Below are positions 16,977 to 26,808 of a stretch of DNA of 45,546 nucleotides, one piece after another. The translations under genes were made by a program, and so were the position numbers. The stretch is from Candidatus Woesearchaeota archaeon (GTDB taxonomy: Archaea; Nanobdellota; Nanobdellia; Pacearchaeales; GW2011-AR1), in assembly GCA_964354995.1 (NCBI GenBank), contig CAYHBQ010000001.1:727-46272 (forward strand). Direction: 5' to 3'. The notes beneath the pieces are model-generated. The model saw only the letters and a program-made list of their open reading frames with translations, searched no databases and was not told the origin of the DNA. Numbering within the stretch: position 1 is the stretch's first letter; each line of letters starts with the position of its first letter.

Positions 16977-17840
16977 CTAAAAACTAAAAAGCAGAGGGGT
17001 AAGAAATACTTCCATAAGAGCTGCAAGAAAGAGGACAATCACTGCAACAATTACAAGATTAAGCGAGTCCTGAAGAATCTCCCAGAAATCTTCTGAGCCA
17101 ACCTGATGACGTATGACTGCCACGGAAATAATCCCTCCTGCTAATGCGGCGATGAAATAAGCCGCAATCTCCGGGATACCATGTATCAAATATCGTATAA
17201 GTCCAAACGGAAGTTCAGAGAGATTAGAATTGGTGAATATGGCTATTGCAGCAGCAATAACGCTCGCATTCCACGCTAAGATAAAGATGACTCCTGCTCC
17301 AAAAACAAGTGAAAATACGAGCGTAAAAATAAGGACGTAAATATTGTTCGCAAATATAAGAAATAATCGTTCTTTATTACCTGCAAATGCTGTTTGCTGT
17401 ACGCCCTTTGAGCCACCGAACTGCGCAAGACATCCATCGTATTGTTCAGGACGATTTATTGCGCAAAACGTTTCAATCTGTGCGCGATAGGTCTGTGTGG
17501 TCGGAAATAAAATATACCAAAATGAAAACGCTACGACAAATCCTGTGAAGAGCCATAAGAACGCCCAGAGCGCATGTTCGTGTTCTTGTAATAATCGAAA
17601 CATTCCTTTATGTTGCCCAACTTTTTTTTCTTCATAGCGCAACATGTAATACATGAAAGGCAGGGAAAACATAACGGTAAATGTAACCGTGAGGATGCCA
17701 GAATATTTTACGAGGACCGCATCGCGAGAGAATATCCAATTTACAAGCAGAATCGCAACGCTTGCGTAAAAAGCCCCCACAAAAAAAAGTTCCCATGGTT
17801 CGCGTTCTGCCTTGCGCGGACTTATCAATACCTCTAACAT
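16977..17840 (-). CDS. SpoIIM-like (DUF95) integral membrane protein
   Basis: 287 aa, multi-TM, with LIHGIPEIAAYFIAALAGG typical of the stage II sporulation protein M family. Confidence 0.6.
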   Translation of the reverse strand: MLEVLISPRKAEREPWELFFVGAFYASVAILLVNWIFSRDAVLVKYSGILTVTFTVMFSLPFMYYMLRYEEKKVGQHKGMFRLLQEHEHALWAFLWLFTGFVVAFSFWYILFPTTQTYRAQIETFCAINRPEQYDGCLAQFGGSKGVQQTAFAGNKERLFLIFANNIYVLIFTLVFSLVFGAGVIFILAWNASVIAAAIAIFTNSNLSELPFGLIRYLIHGIPEIAAYFIAALAGGIISVAVIRHQVGSEDFWEILQDSLNLVIVAVIVLFLAALMEVFLTPLLFSF

Positions 17841-17863
17841 CTACTCTCGGTCGCAGAGAGCGC

Positions 17864-18268
17864 TTAAATAGTTTTTCTAGTCTGTGCTCGCTCGTTTTCT
17901 ATACGAGAGATAATAGTTTCAAATTCGTTTTGAAGCATCTGAAGTTGTGCTTGGGATTCGCTTCGCATGCGCGATAGGTTTTGAAGCTGACCCTGAATAA
18001 TTATTTGCACGTCAGAAATTGATTTTTTGACGATCACTCCCGCACCAGCATCAACAAAAAGTTGCTTGCTCTTCAATGTCGCCTCAAGAAAGATGCCTTT
18101 ACCCATTGAAGAAAAGAAATTTTCTTCTTTAGTCTGCGCAAGAAACGAAAGATGCCCTAAAAAATCAGTAAGCTCAGCAACTTGTTTATCAATAAATGAG
18201 AGGCGTTCTTCAACAAGTTCGGATTCTCCATGTAATTGTTGTATGCTTTCAATGAGTGCTTGATTCAT
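17864..18268 (-). CDS. pfdA: Prefoldin alpha subunit
   Basis: Coiled-coil ends flank a central SSMGKGIFLEATLKSKQLFVDAGAGVIVKKS double beta-hairpin region, typical of PfdA. Confidence 0.75.
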   Translation of the reverse strand: MNQALIESIQQLHGESELVEERLSFIDKQVAELTDFLGHLSFLAQTKEENFFSSMGKGIFLEATLKSKQLFVDAGAGVIVKKSISDVQIIIQGQLQNLSRMRSESQAQLQMLQNEFETIISRIENERAQTRKTI

Positions 18269-18280
18269 AGTCGGGGCGCT

Positions 18281-18808
18281 TTACGGAAGCTTAAATACCT
18301 TTCTAAAAATCATCGAAGCAATTATAGCAAAAATAATATACGCCCATATCCAGCCCATAAATCCAAAAATTTTCACATCGAGTTCGGCAAAATAGTCTCC
18401 AAACCATCTAATAAGGAGGATAAACGGTATCGCCGTATAGAGCGCAGGTCGCATCGTGATGTCCATTGTCTTTGGAATGAGCTCCATTTGTTTTTTCTGA
18501 AGTTCAAGCATTTTTTCAGGATGTTCTTTAAATTGTTTCATTTGGTCGCCAAGCAGTTTTTGTTCCGCTTTAATTGACCGCAAGGTTTCTTGGTCGGTAG
18601 TATATTTTTGTAAAAGAGAGGTAATCAGCGAAATTCCTACGGAAATAAACAACAACCCCCAACTAACGTTCCAATCCAATAAGCGACCCGCAGTAGGGTT
18701 GAGTACGAAATGTACGCTTTCTTTAATAAAAGGGAGCGCACTCCAGAAAAATGCTACGGCAATACCTAGCAAAGAAATAATAAACAGGGTACGAAGTCCG
18801 CGATTCAT
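18281..18808 (-). CDS. DUF106 / EMC3-TMCO1-like membrane insertase (archaeal YidC/Oxa1-like, MJ0480 type)
   Basis: LLQKYTTDQETLRSIKAEQK...ELQKKQMELIPKTM coiled hairpin between TM segments. It occupies the conserved position downstream of secY. Confidence 0.7.
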   Translation of the reverse strand: MNRGLRTLFIISLLGIAVAFFWSALPFIKESVHFVLNPTAGRLLDWNVSWGLLFISVGISLITSLLQKYTTDQETLRSIKAEQKLLGDQMKQFKEHPEKMLELQKKQMELIPKTMDITMRPALYTAIPFILLIRWFGDYFAELDVKIFGFMGWIWAYIIFAIIASMIFRKVFKLP

Positions 18809-18810
18809 AG

Positions 18811-20196
18811 TTACTTCATGAAATTGCGCAAGGCCGGATGCATATCTACTGCATGCTGCTGCGCAATATTCTGATAGAGCTGATAGGTGATAGTAATCGC
18901 AAGCAAAATAGATGTTCCAGAGGTTATAACTCCCAAGAGGTTAGCCATGCCGGCTAAAAGCCCGATAGCCGCACCACCCATAACGGTTAAAGGCATCACG
19001 TATCGCACAAGCACGCTCTCTAAAACACGTTCATCCTTTCTAAATCCGGGTATCTGAAGTCCCGAGCTCATAATGTTACGGGCCTGACTAGCAGCATCCA
19101 TGCCCGCAGTCTTTACCCAAAATATAGAAAATATTGCCGAGAGAGCCACGTAAAAGAGAACGTGAGTAATTCCTTGTAGCACTTGGGTAAGTTGCAGGCT
19201 GTTTCGTATCGTTGCCGTAACGACATCAGAATATCCAATCCAATAAGCGAGACCGCTAACCGCAACCCCATTAGAAAACGAGCCTAAAAGGGTAGGGTGC
19301 CCAAGCCAGTTCTCAAAGAGCCCTGCGAATAGTTGAAAGTTCGCAACGAGCGCAGCAACAAGAATAACGGGCATGTTAGACGCGTAAAAAAATGATAAAG
19401 GCCATTTGACCGGATATCCTCGAAGCCTATCAAACGTGAGGGGAATCTCAACTTTCAAACTTTGGGCCCACACAACTCCCAAGAAAACAATGGCAGTCAT
19501 GGCAATGATGGTAAATGCTAACAAGGCCTCACGAGGTGCTCCATTAAGAAACGATTGGAAAATAATAAGAACTTTCCCCCCACAGGGTGTTGAAGTAAAA
19601 TCAAGAAGACAGTTTTCTCCAGAGGTGCCCACGAATTGAAACAAGCCCGTAAATAATTGAAGTGCAACACCTGCCACAATGAACAATGAAACGCCCGAAC
19701 CAAATCCCCACTTGCTAACTACCTCGTCCATAAGCATAATGGCAATACCCCCCAAGATAAGCTGTGTAATCACAATCCCCGTAAAACCAGGTGCGGCTTG
19801 TAATCCTTGCATAAGCACGTATACAAACGCCTCAAAGAATATGAAGAACAGAACTCCTAACTTTTGCAATCCTTGATAATATTTTTTCCCTTCCTCAGAT
19901 TTCACGTCTATTCTCAAAATACCCGAACCAACTAACAATTGCAAAATGATAGAGGCCATCACTATCGGCCCAATTCCGAGGCTGATGATACTCCCAAAAT
20001 CTGTACCGAGGATAGTTGCCAAATACTTAAATCGCTCAAGAGAGTTGCTGCTTAAACCGTGTAACGGAATGTTGTAAAGGATAAAGAACGCACCTAAAAC
20101 AATGAGCGTCCATTTAAGCTTTACATTAAAACTTACTTTTTTTTCCGTGGGCTTGCGAACCTCGGGAAGGTAGGAAAGGATAGTGCGTAAGACCAT
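18811..20196 (-). CDS. secY: Protein translocase subunit SecY
   Basis: 461 aa with 10 TMs, at the end of the spc operon. TTTAAAAA lies 21 nt upstream of the ATG. Confidence 0.95.
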   Translation of the reverse strand: MVLRTILSYLPEVRKPTEKKVSFNVKLKWTLIVLGAFFILYNIPLHGLSSNSLERFKYLATILGTDFGSIISLGIGPIVMASIILQLLVGSGILRIDVKSEEGKKYYQGLQKLGVLFFIFFEAFVYVLMQGLQAAPGFTGIVITQLILGGIAIMLMDEVVSKWGFGSGVSLFIVAGVALQLFTGLFQFVGTSGENCLLDFTSTPCGGKVLIIFQSFLNGAPREALLAFTIIAMTAIVFLGVVWAQSLKVEIPLTFDRLRGYPVKWPLSFFYASNMPVILVAALVANFQLFAGLFENWLGHPTLLGSFSNGVAVSGLAYWIGYSDVVTATIRNSLQLTQVLQGITHVLFYVALSAIFSIFWVKTAGMDAASQARNIMSSGLQIPGFRKDERVLESVLVRYVMPLTVMGGAAIGLLAGMANLLGVITSGTSILLAITITYQLYQNIAQQHAVDMHPALRNFMK

Positions 20197-20232
20197 GCGG
20201 GTGAGAAAACAAAGAGCTTTTTAAAACTTCGT

Positions 20233-20697
20233 TCAGTTCGACTTTTCCTTTTCCGACGTTACTACCAGTGATCCGCCCGCTCGTTCTACTGCCTGTCTCG
20301 CACCCGCAGATGCAGACTTTGCTCTAATGTTCATTTTCAGGTCAAGCGCGCCATTTCCTACGATTTTATAGTCTTCAAGATTAACTTCGTATATTCCCTT
20401 GATTTCTCGAGCCTTTCCTTTTTCAACAAGCATGCGCAATTGAGTCTTCAGTGTTGCAAGGCTAAGGGACTTTGTCTTTTTCTTTTCACGAGTTCCCGCA
20501 CCGCGTCGTTCCTTACCGAAATAATCTCCGCCGTATAATTTTATAATAAGCGTTTTTTTCTGGTCGCCACGCTTACCCGTACCCGACATCCCGCGTCCTC
20601 CTCGGTTCCCCAGACCTCTGGTTCGATTTTTACGTCCACGTCCATGAGTTTTACTTCCAGGATATCTCGAAGACTTACGTCGTTTTCGGTAGCTCAC
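20233..20697 (-). CDS. rpl15: Ribosomal protein uL15
   Basis: Gly/Arg-rich HGRGRKNRTRGLGNRGGRG N-terminus, plus operon position. Confidence 0.9.
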   Translation of the reverse strand: MSYRKRRKSSRYPGSKTHGRGRKNRTRGLGNRGGRGMSGTGKRGDQKKTLIIKLYGGDYFGKERRGAGTREKKKTKSLSLATLKTQLRMLVEKGKAREIKGIYEVNLEDYKIVGNGALDLKMNIRAKSASAGARQAVERAGGSLVVTSEKEKSN

Positions 20698-21110
20698 AGC
20701 ATGCGCTCCACGAGGCGGTCAATAGCCTCTTTGTGATCTCCCAAAACACCCTTCCTGACTCCGACGTGTTTACCCGAATCAATTCCCTTCCTCGGAGGGT
20801 GTAGCCTGAAAAATGGCTTAAGTCCCGATTCGGAAATGCTTTTCAAATTAAGCAAAGATGCAACTTTTTTAGCATCAAAGGGTTTCTTTGTGCGCAAGGT
20901 ACCTCGCGCTTCAAGCAATCTCTCAACCATCGCTTCAGAAGGAGTCCCATATGCGACAAAATTACGAACTTTGAGGAGAAGCTTTCTATTTTCAGGGGTG
21001 TCGAGAAGGACAGTCGCAGTATATTTACGACGGAGCCTCATTCTAAAAAGGGTTTCAGCAACACTCGAAGGCAATTGCGTGTCTCCTACAATTCGAATAA
21101 CAACTATCAT
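20694..21110 (-). CDS. rpl30: Ribosomal protein uL30
   Basis: MIVVIRIVGDTQLPSSVAETLFRMRLRRKY, plus operon position. Confidence 0.9.
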   Translation of the reverse strand: MIVVIRIVGDTQLPSSVAETLFRMRLRRKYTATVLLDTPENRKLLLKVRNFVAYGTPSEAMVERLLEARGTLRTKKPFDAKKVASLLNLKSISESGLKPFFRLHPPRKGIDSGKHVGVRKGVLGDHKEAIDRLVERML

Positions 21111-21874
21111 TTGCCCCTCCGCGTTTTAAGAAGCGCTTCAAAACAGGCTTTCACTGCATTAAACGTCGTTCGTGTTTGTCCACTTGTTACCCCATAGGCA
21201 TCTCTAATTCCGGCAAGTCTAAGAATTTTTTTAATCTCATCACCGACCACTAATCCCGTCCCTTGTGGTGCAGGCATCAGTTTTATACGCACGCTTCCAC
21301 ATTTTCCTTCGACAATGAAAGGTACGCTGTGAGGTTCGTTACATGAACAGTCAAAGTGCCCACAACCTCTTTCAATCTTTTGAATAGAAAGTTTTGCGTA
21401 ACGCTGTGCTTTTTCACGTGCGGGCAGTGTTTCTTTTCCTTTTCCCATACCAATCCCCACATGTCCGTTTTTATCCCCCACAACAGCCATCGCAGAAAAT
21501 GAGACCACATTCCCCTCCATGGTTTTTCTTTGTGTTGTCCTCCACGCACGTCGTTTACCGCCTCCAAACTTTCCTTTGGCTTGACCAATCTCGATGAGCT
21601 CATGCTCGAGCGGAAGAAGACTCTCAACAATTTCAGGTTCTAATATACGTCTCCCTCCTGAGAGAATTTCGTCAACGTCTTTAAGGGTACCTTGTTTGAC
21701 GGCTCTACCGACGGCAGTTTTAGGCACCCACGCCGCAAGCCGAGCATCACGATTATCTGCATCACGTGCTCCACGACCTTTTAAGATAGGAACTACGTCT
21801 GCCACTTTCGCAAGTTCTTCAGGCACCGCTTCCACAAGAACCTTGGGATTATTTCGAGTTTCTTTCTCAGCCAT
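21107..21874 (-). CDS. rps5: Ribosomal protein uS5
   Basis: AVVGDKNGHVGIGMGKGKETLPAREKA core, plus operon position. Confidence 0.92.
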   Translation of the reverse strand: MAEKETRNNPKVLVEAVPEELAKVADVVPILKGRGARDADNRDARLAAWVPKTAVGRAVKQGTLKDVDEILSGGRRILEPEIVESLLPLEHELIEIGQAKGKFGGGKRRAWRTTQRKTMEGNVVSFSAMAVVGDKNGHVGIGMGKGKETLPAREKAQRYAKLSIQKIERGCGHFDCSCNEPHSVPFIVEGKCGSVRIKLMPAPQGTGLVVGDEIKKILRLAGIRDAYGVTSGQTRTTFNAVKACFEALLKTRRGK

Positions 21875-22364
21875 GAGTAGCTAGTTTCCCCTTGAGTTTT
21901 ATAAATGCTTCGCGTGTCTTCACGTTAGCAATAAGTCTTGCTTCGTCGGGCAGTGCAGATTTATTATGCGGGACGTGCATTCCGCCCGCCACAACACCTG
22001 CAAGAAATGCATAGAGGCGTCCACGAGATGCGCTGCGTTGCATTCCTATGTCCAAAATTGCTTCCGAAGCATGAGCCTTCGCTTTTCGAGCAAAGAGTAA
22101 ACCGGTAAGATACGCTGCAGGAATACTCTTTAAACTTCCTTCCAGCGAGGCAGGCCATCCATGTTCCACAAGTTCTTCTGAAGAGACACCAACAATAATA
22201 CGGTCCTGCGCCTTCTCGGAGCTAACGAGCTGTGCAAATATATATCGGTTCGTACGACGAACAACAATACGCGGTTTCTCGGAAGAGAGTAATTGAACTC
22301 TCGCCTTATAGTCCGTCTTATACTCGTGTCTCCTACGCTTTATTGTTCTTCCTATTCCTTTCAT
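21867..22364 (-). CDS. rpl18: Ribosomal protein uL18
   Basis: RRRHEYKTDYKARVQLL...PRIVVRRTNRYIFAQLV. Confidence 0.92.
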   Translation of the reverse strand: MKGIGRTIKRRRHEYKTDYKARVQLLSSEKPRIVVRRTNRYIFAQLVSSEKAQDRIIVGVSSEELVEHGWPASLEGSLKSIPAAYLTGLLFARKAKAHASEAILDIGMQRSASRGRLYAFLAGVVAGGMHVPHNKSALPDEARLIANVKTREAFIKLKGKLATHG

Positions 22365-22768
22365 GGTCGTTGCACCTCTTTCATACGTTCGCGTAACATC
22401 GCCCTGGCATTGACGCGTCCAGATCTAATCTCTTTCCGTAATAATTGTGCATGTTCCCCTGACAGCGTCCCTTGTTCTTTCGCATGAGCGATGGCTCGTC
22501 GTGCTCCGCGAATAAACGTGACATAATCTTTTTTACTTGTATCAACTTTCTTTCTAAAACTTCCCGTTCGGCGTCGCTGTTTCGAACGTTCGTGTGTCTT
22601 GCGACCACTCACTTCTTTAACAAACAGTGCGCCATCCTTTGCTAAGTCCCTGATATCTTGCTTAGTAATCGCTTCCTTAATTTCGGCAAGACGTTCATTA
22701 TTGAAACGTATCCGCTCAATACCCACATTCAGTGCGCGCGCCGCGAGTCTTTTTTTATCGAGTTTCAT
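22361..22768 (-). CDS. rpl19e: Ribosomal protein eL19
   Basis: KKRLAARALNVGIERIRFNNERLAEIKEAITKQDIRDL. Confidence 0.92.
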   Translation of the reverse strand: MKLDKKRLAARALNVGIERIRFNNERLAEIKEAITKQDIRDLAKDGALFVKEVSGRKTHERSKQRRRTGSFRKKVDTSKKDYVTFIRGARRAIAHAKEQGTLSGEHAQLLRKEIRSGRVNARAMLRERMKEVQRP

Positions 22769-23138
22769 GCGTTACCTCCCGTGCATTTAAAACGATAAGA
22801 TGCATTTCATGCGCTTGCTTCAGAAGAGCAAGTTTCTTTCGAGCCCCTAAGCGCCGACTCATGATAATGAGTTGTCCTTTCTGTAAGTTTTGCAAGTCGC
22901 CTGAAGTTACGATGTGAACAGGCCTTTTTCCTTTAATGAGTCCCGAAACGGCAGAAGACTGCTTATATCCTATCCCTGGCTGAACAGGGTATCCAAACCG
23001 CTTACGACGCATTTTATTATGCCTTCCACGAGGTTTGCGCCACTTCTGTAGTCTGCGCTTAGTTTTACCAAGTCGGATGTGTCGTACAGTATCACTTCTC
23101 AAAAAGCGAGGTTTTTTCATTAGATAGGCCTCCCGCAT
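22755..23138 (-). CDS. rpl32e: Ribosomal protein eL32
   Basis: RFLRSDTVRHIRLGK...WRKPRGRHNKMRRK. Confidence 0.9.
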   Translation of the reverse strand: MREAYLMKKPRFLRSDTVRHIRLGKTKRRLQKWRKPRGRHNKMRRKRFGYPVQPGIGYKQSSAVSGLIKGKRPVHIVTSGDLQNLQKGQLIIMSRRLGARKKLALLKQAHEMHLIVLNAREVTHETR

Positions 23139-23662
23139 TTACTCGTAAGAAATATTCCATCTTGGAAGACACGACGATCTCTTTTAAGAATACGTGTTGC
23201 CTTTTCTATATTGGCCGCAGTCTGTCCTGCAGCCTCCAAGTTAGGGCTCGAGACGAAAACTTTCGATCCTTTTACTTCGACCAAAGTCGAAGGGACAATC
23301 GTTGCCATGCGCTTTTCCTTTTCTCCCAAAAAATTAGTCACTACGAACTTATTGCCTTCTACTTTAACTGTCATAGGGAAGTGCACGTTACAAATTTCAA
23401 GCTCATACACATAGGGCGTTGACAATCCCTCAAACAAATTCATGATATGAGCGCGCGCCGTTTTAAGGTAGGCCCGCGTGCGTCTGTTCGCGCGCAATGC
23501 AGTTAGAACAATAGAACCTTCTCGAACTTCCATGGAACTTCCTGGAATCGAGAACGTACGAGAAACAGATACGCTGCCTTTCGAACAAGCAAGTGAACTC
23601 CCATGGAGCACACACGTAACTCCTTGAGGAATTGTAATTACTTCGCTAGCTTTTTGTCTCAT
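23120..23662 (-). CDS. rpl6: Ribosomal protein uL6
   Basis: 180 aa with two repeated alpha/beta domains, plus operon position between uS8 and eL32. Confidence 0.9.
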   Translation of the reverse strand: MRQKASEVITIPQGVTCVLHGSSLACSKGSVSVSRTFSIPGSSMEVREGSIVLTALRANRRTRAYLKTARAHIMNLFEGLSTPYVYELEICNVHFPMTVKVEGNKFVVTNFLGEKEKRMATIVPSTLVEVKGSKVFVSSPNLEAAGQTAANIEKATRILKRDRRVFQDGIFLTSKCGRPI

Positions 23663-23663
23663 G

Positions 23664-24041
23664 TTAATAGAAATAAGCTACAATGCTTCCTCCAACGCCT
23701 TTCTCTATAGCCGTATGATGAGTCATAAGCCCTTGACTCGTCGAAATAACAACGAGACCCATATGTCTGGAAGGGAGATATCGACGAACGTATTTCATTA
23801 TTTCATCATGTTTAACAAGATATCGAGGTTTAATGGCAAGGCACGCATTTAATTTATCACCAAGTTCGATATCCAACATCTTTCCGTTGACTCTAAAATC
23901 TCGAATATATCCGTGTAATTTTCCTATCGAAAGAACATTCATCAAAAACTTCGAATTATGCTTAACGCTAACTGTTAGGTGACTCGCCCGCTTGGCGTTC
24001 ATGATTTGATTGAGTGTATCTGCTATAATATCTTGGCTCAT
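23664..24041 (-). CDS. rps8: Ribosomal protein uS8
   Basis: DIIADTLNQIMNAKRASH...GYIRDF...GGSIVAYFY. Confidence 0.92.
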   Translation of the reverse strand: MSQDIIADTLNQIMNAKRASHLTVSVKHNSKFLMNVLSIGKLHGYIRDFRVNGKMLDIELGDKLNACLAIKPRYLVKHDEIMKYVRRYLPSRHMGLVVISTSQGLMTHHTAIEKGVGGSIVAYFY

Positions 24042-24043
24042 GG

Positions 24044-24274
24044 TTAACTATATTTTTTAAAGCCGACCTCCTCAGCAATTTCCCTAAAGCATTGTCTACA
24101 AAGTTGCAAATTGTATTGGCTAAGATGTGCTCCAAATCGCCCGCACCGCCTACACTTTTTAACAGAGAGACCATACTTTCTATCTTGAGGTTTATTGTGT
24201 TTTAGAAACTTCTTAAAAACCACGGGCTTCGATCGAAGCATTTTCGCAATTTTATTCCAGTCGCTTGCAGTCAT
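24044..24274 (-). CDS. rps14: Ribosomal protein uS14 (zinc-binding type)
   Basis: C-terminal KKCRRCGRFGAHLSQYNLQLCRQCFREIAEEVGFKKYS. The N-terminus is longer than usual, so the internal ATG at 24241 is an alternative start. Confidence 0.8.
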   Translation of the reverse strand: MTASDWNKIAKMLRSKPVVFKKFLKHNKPQDRKYGLSVKKCRRCGRFGAHLSQYNLQLCRQCFREIAEEVGFKKYS

Positions 24275-24275
24275 G

Positions 24276-24779
24276 TTATATAAATTTCGTCTTAAACGTT
24301 TCTCCCATTAGTTGTATTATTTCTTCTGCACTAACAGATTGTCGTCTAGGTACATGACCTTTCTTGGCCTTTTTATGCTTTACTCTCAGTCCGGGACGCT
24401 CAAAAACAACCGTTACATTAAACCCTCTAATACCTATCTCTCGAATGTATTCCATGTCAGGTATATCGATATATTCTTCAATACCAAACGAAAAATGATT
24501 CTCTGCAACTGCCTTTGCAGATACCGCATTTTCAACTGCACCCAACAATCGCCTAAGAAGGCGTAATGCTTCTTCACCTCGCAATGTCACACGAACACCT
24601 AATTCTAATCCGGGTTTAACGCCCAACTCAGGAATACGTCGTTTAGGTCCCGCCTTAATAATTTGTGTTTTGTGGTTCGTTAGCATTTCAAGAAGTTTGT
24701 GTGCCTTGGTCAAATCTGATCCAGTCGCACCCGCGCTGAGAACAACTTTAGCTATAAACGGCTTCTTCATCACGTTCAT
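24276..24779 (-). CDS. rpl5: Ribosomal protein uL5
   Basis: KVVLSAGATGSDLTKAHKLLEMLT...GVRVTLRGEEA. Confidence 0.92.
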   Translation of the reverse strand: MNVMKKPFIAKVVLSAGATGSDLTKAHKLLEMLTNHKTQIIKAGPKRRIPELGVKPGLELGVRVTLRGEEALRLLRRLLGAVENAVSAKAVAENHFSFGIEEYIDIPDMEYIREIGIRGFNVTVVFERPGLRVKHKKAKKGHVPRRQSVSAEEIIQLMGETFKTKFI

Positions 24780-25393
24780 ATCACAACCACCTGCGCTTGT
24801 TTAAGCGCAACCGCTTTGTCGTGAAGTTTAATAAGGAACCCTTCTTTCGTTACACGGCTGATTGTTCCTATCGCACCTACATTTCTCCCAGAGTTTACCA
24901 TAACTCGTGCACCTTCTTTAAGCGGAAGCACGCGAACAAACTTGCACATCAAATCGATTTCAAGCGAGTCGCCCACTTTGATTGATTCTGAACTGAGGAG
25001 GTTGGTACCATCATGGAGATTTATTTGAGTTTCTTTATTTGATAGTACTTTCTTGTTGATAACTTTCACAACCCGCGTGGTCTCCTTGGTGGGCTCAAAG
25101 GCAAATCGTCCCGTCGGCAAAAGAATAACCTTATAGCGTTTATCTGCTTCAAATAACGAGAGAAGTAAAAGCGGTTCTCGCATATCTCGTACAACACGAC
25201 CATTTATCTTGAGCTTCTTCTCCTTAATCATCTCTTTAACTTCGCGGGCGGTTTGAGCAAGGTGAAGAACATCCCTCACAGCACTCAATGCGGTAATTGC
25301 GTGGTTCATATGTGAAAGCGGCCGTGCTATGTATTGTGTGCCTTTTCGAGGAATGGGCGTCTCTCTATTCACATCAGCTCTTGTTAGGTGCAT
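24776..25393 (-). CDS. rps4e: Ribosomal protein eS4 (short, 205 aa)
   Basis: S4-like RNA-binding region AREVKEMIKEKKLKINGRVVRD, NLHDGTN, and a C-terminal KOW-like segment. Confidence 0.88.
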   Translation of the reverse strand: MHLTRADVNRETPIPRKGTQYIARPLSHMNHAITALSAVRDVLHLAQTAREVKEMIKEKKLKINGRVVRDMREPLLLLSLFEADKRYKVILLPTGRFAFEPTKETTRVVKVINKKVLSNKETQINLHDGTNLLSSESIKVGDSLEIDLMCKFVRVLPLKEGARVMVNSGRNVGAIGTISRVTKEGFLIKLHDKAVALKQAQVVVI

Positions 25394-25790
25394 GGTTGGC
25401 CTCCTTTGAATGTGATGGTTTATTCTGTCGCATGCGTTTTTTATCTTCCGTACTTAATGAAATGATGCGAAGCGCAGGGGTTCGGAAAAAAACAGGGGCT
25501 TTGCTCCCATCTTTTTTCGATCGGGTTATTCCTTCAAGCACAACACGTGAACGACTCAAATCAACCGAAGCAATTTTTCCCTTCTTCTGAGCAAAAGAAC
25601 CCCTCATAACCAAAACTTCATCGCCTTTACGCACAGTCACACTTCGTTTACCATATTTTGTATGCAACTCTTTTGAGAGGCGAGCGTTAAGGAATCTGTT
25701 TCTCGTATGCAAAGGAGCGTTATGTACATACTTTCTTTGTTTGCGTACCTGCGAGCTACCCTTCCAATGAACAGAAAATTCCTGTTTCAT
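25374..25790 (-). CDS. rpl24: Ribosomal protein uL24
   Basis: KOW motif VRKGDEVLVMRGSFAQKKGKI. The ATG at 25790 overlaps the uL14 stop (ATGA); the longer track start lies inside uL14. Confidence 0.9.
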   Translation of the reverse strand: MKQEFSVHWKGSSQVRKQRKYVHNAPLHTRNRFLNARLSKELHTKYGKRSVTVRKGDEVLVMRGSFAQKKGKIASVDLSRSRVVLEGITRSKKDGSKAPVFFRTPALRIISLSTEDKKRMRQNKPSHSKEANHAPNKS

Positions 25791-26188
25791 AGTACAAATT
25801 GCGCAATTTTCATAACAATCGGCCATCTATCTGCAGCCTCACGCGCCATGACTCCTTTTATCTGAGTTCCCTTGGGGTTCCCTTTATCATCTTTAAGCAA
25901 CGCAACCGCGTTATCTTCAAACATAACATGTTCTCCAGTCAATCGACGGTATGTTCTTTTCTGGCGAATAACTACGGCCTCAAAAACTTGTCCAATCATG
26001 TCTGGCTTTCCTGCGCGCACAGATACTTTAACCATGTCGCCTACCTTTGCGAACTGTTGTCGACCCTTGGTAACTTTTCCTCTCTTGACACCAACAATGC
26101 GGACAATGCGCGCACCACTGTTATCGCTTGCGTGTACGTTACTTCCAATATTCAACCCCCTCGTTACTCGCGCAGCCATTGCTTTCAT
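25787..26188 (-). CDS. rpl14: Ribosomal protein uL14
   Basis: NVHASDNSGARIVRIVGV...AVVIRQKR. Confidence 0.93.
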   Translation of the reverse strand: MKAMAARVTRGLNIGSNVHASDNSGARIVRIVGVKRGKVTKGRQQFAKVGDMVKVSVRAGKPDMIGQVFEAVVIRQKRTYRRLTGEHVMFEDNAVALLKDDKGNPKGTQIKGVMAREAADRWPIVMKIAQFVL

Positions 26189-26502
26189 GGGTTCACCTTC
26201 CTAATAACATCAGTCATAACGAAATGGATAATCTTACTTAAAGGTCTACACTCGCGAACTTGAACCTGATCTCCGACTGCAACAGGTACACCGGCAGGCA
26301 ATCGTGCATGAAGGCGCGTTTTGGTCTTTGTGTATCGCTCATATTTAGGAACATAGACCGTGCGTTCAAATTCTACGACTATTCTTGTGGGGAAAACTTT
26401 GATCACATGCCCCTGAAACACGCGCCCTCGAGTAGCCACTACAGAAGTCGTTTTTTTCTCTTGGATAGGTGATTGTCTTTGTTTCATGATTTCTCGTTTC
26501 AA
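26185..26502 (-). CDS. rps17: Ribosomal protein uS17
   Basis: GRVFQGHVIKVFPTRIVVEFERTVYVPKYERY...VRECRPLSK. Confidence 0.92.
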   Translation of the reverse strand: MKREIMKQRQSPIQEKKTTSVVATRGRVFQGHVIKVFPTRIVVEFERTVYVPKYERYTKTKTRLHARLPAGVPVAVGDQVQVRECRPLSKIIHFVMTDVIRKVNP

Positions 26503-26506
26503 AAGG

Positions 26507-26806
26507 TCAGTCGCTAATCGAATCAGGTGAAAAACCTAACTTAACCAGTGTTTGTCTGACTTGTTTTTGATGGTTTCCTTGAAGTTCGATAACGCCATCC
26601 TTCACTGTACCGCCGCATGCCAAGGACTCCTTTAGGGATCTGGCTGTCTGCTTGAGGTCGATTGTTTTATCGAACCCTGAGACAAGTGTAATAATTTTTC
26701 CATATCTGCGGGACACCGTTGAGACGGTTATTTTCTGCTCGCTTTTAGCGAGATCTTCCCATGTGATAGCTTCCACAGGCAGTCCTGTTCGCGGGTCTAT
26801 CTCCAT
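26507..26806 (-). CDS. Translation initiation factor aIF1 (SUI1)
   Basis: ITVSTVSRRYGKIITLVSGFD...LKESLACGGTVKDGVIELQGNH is the SUI1 domain. Confidence 0.88.
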   Translation of the reverse strand: MEIDPRTGLPVEAITWEDLAKSEQKITVSTVSRRYGKIITLVSGFDKTIDLKQTARSLKESLACGGTVKDGVIELQGNHQKQVRQTLVKLGFSPDSISD

Positions 26807-26808
26807 GT

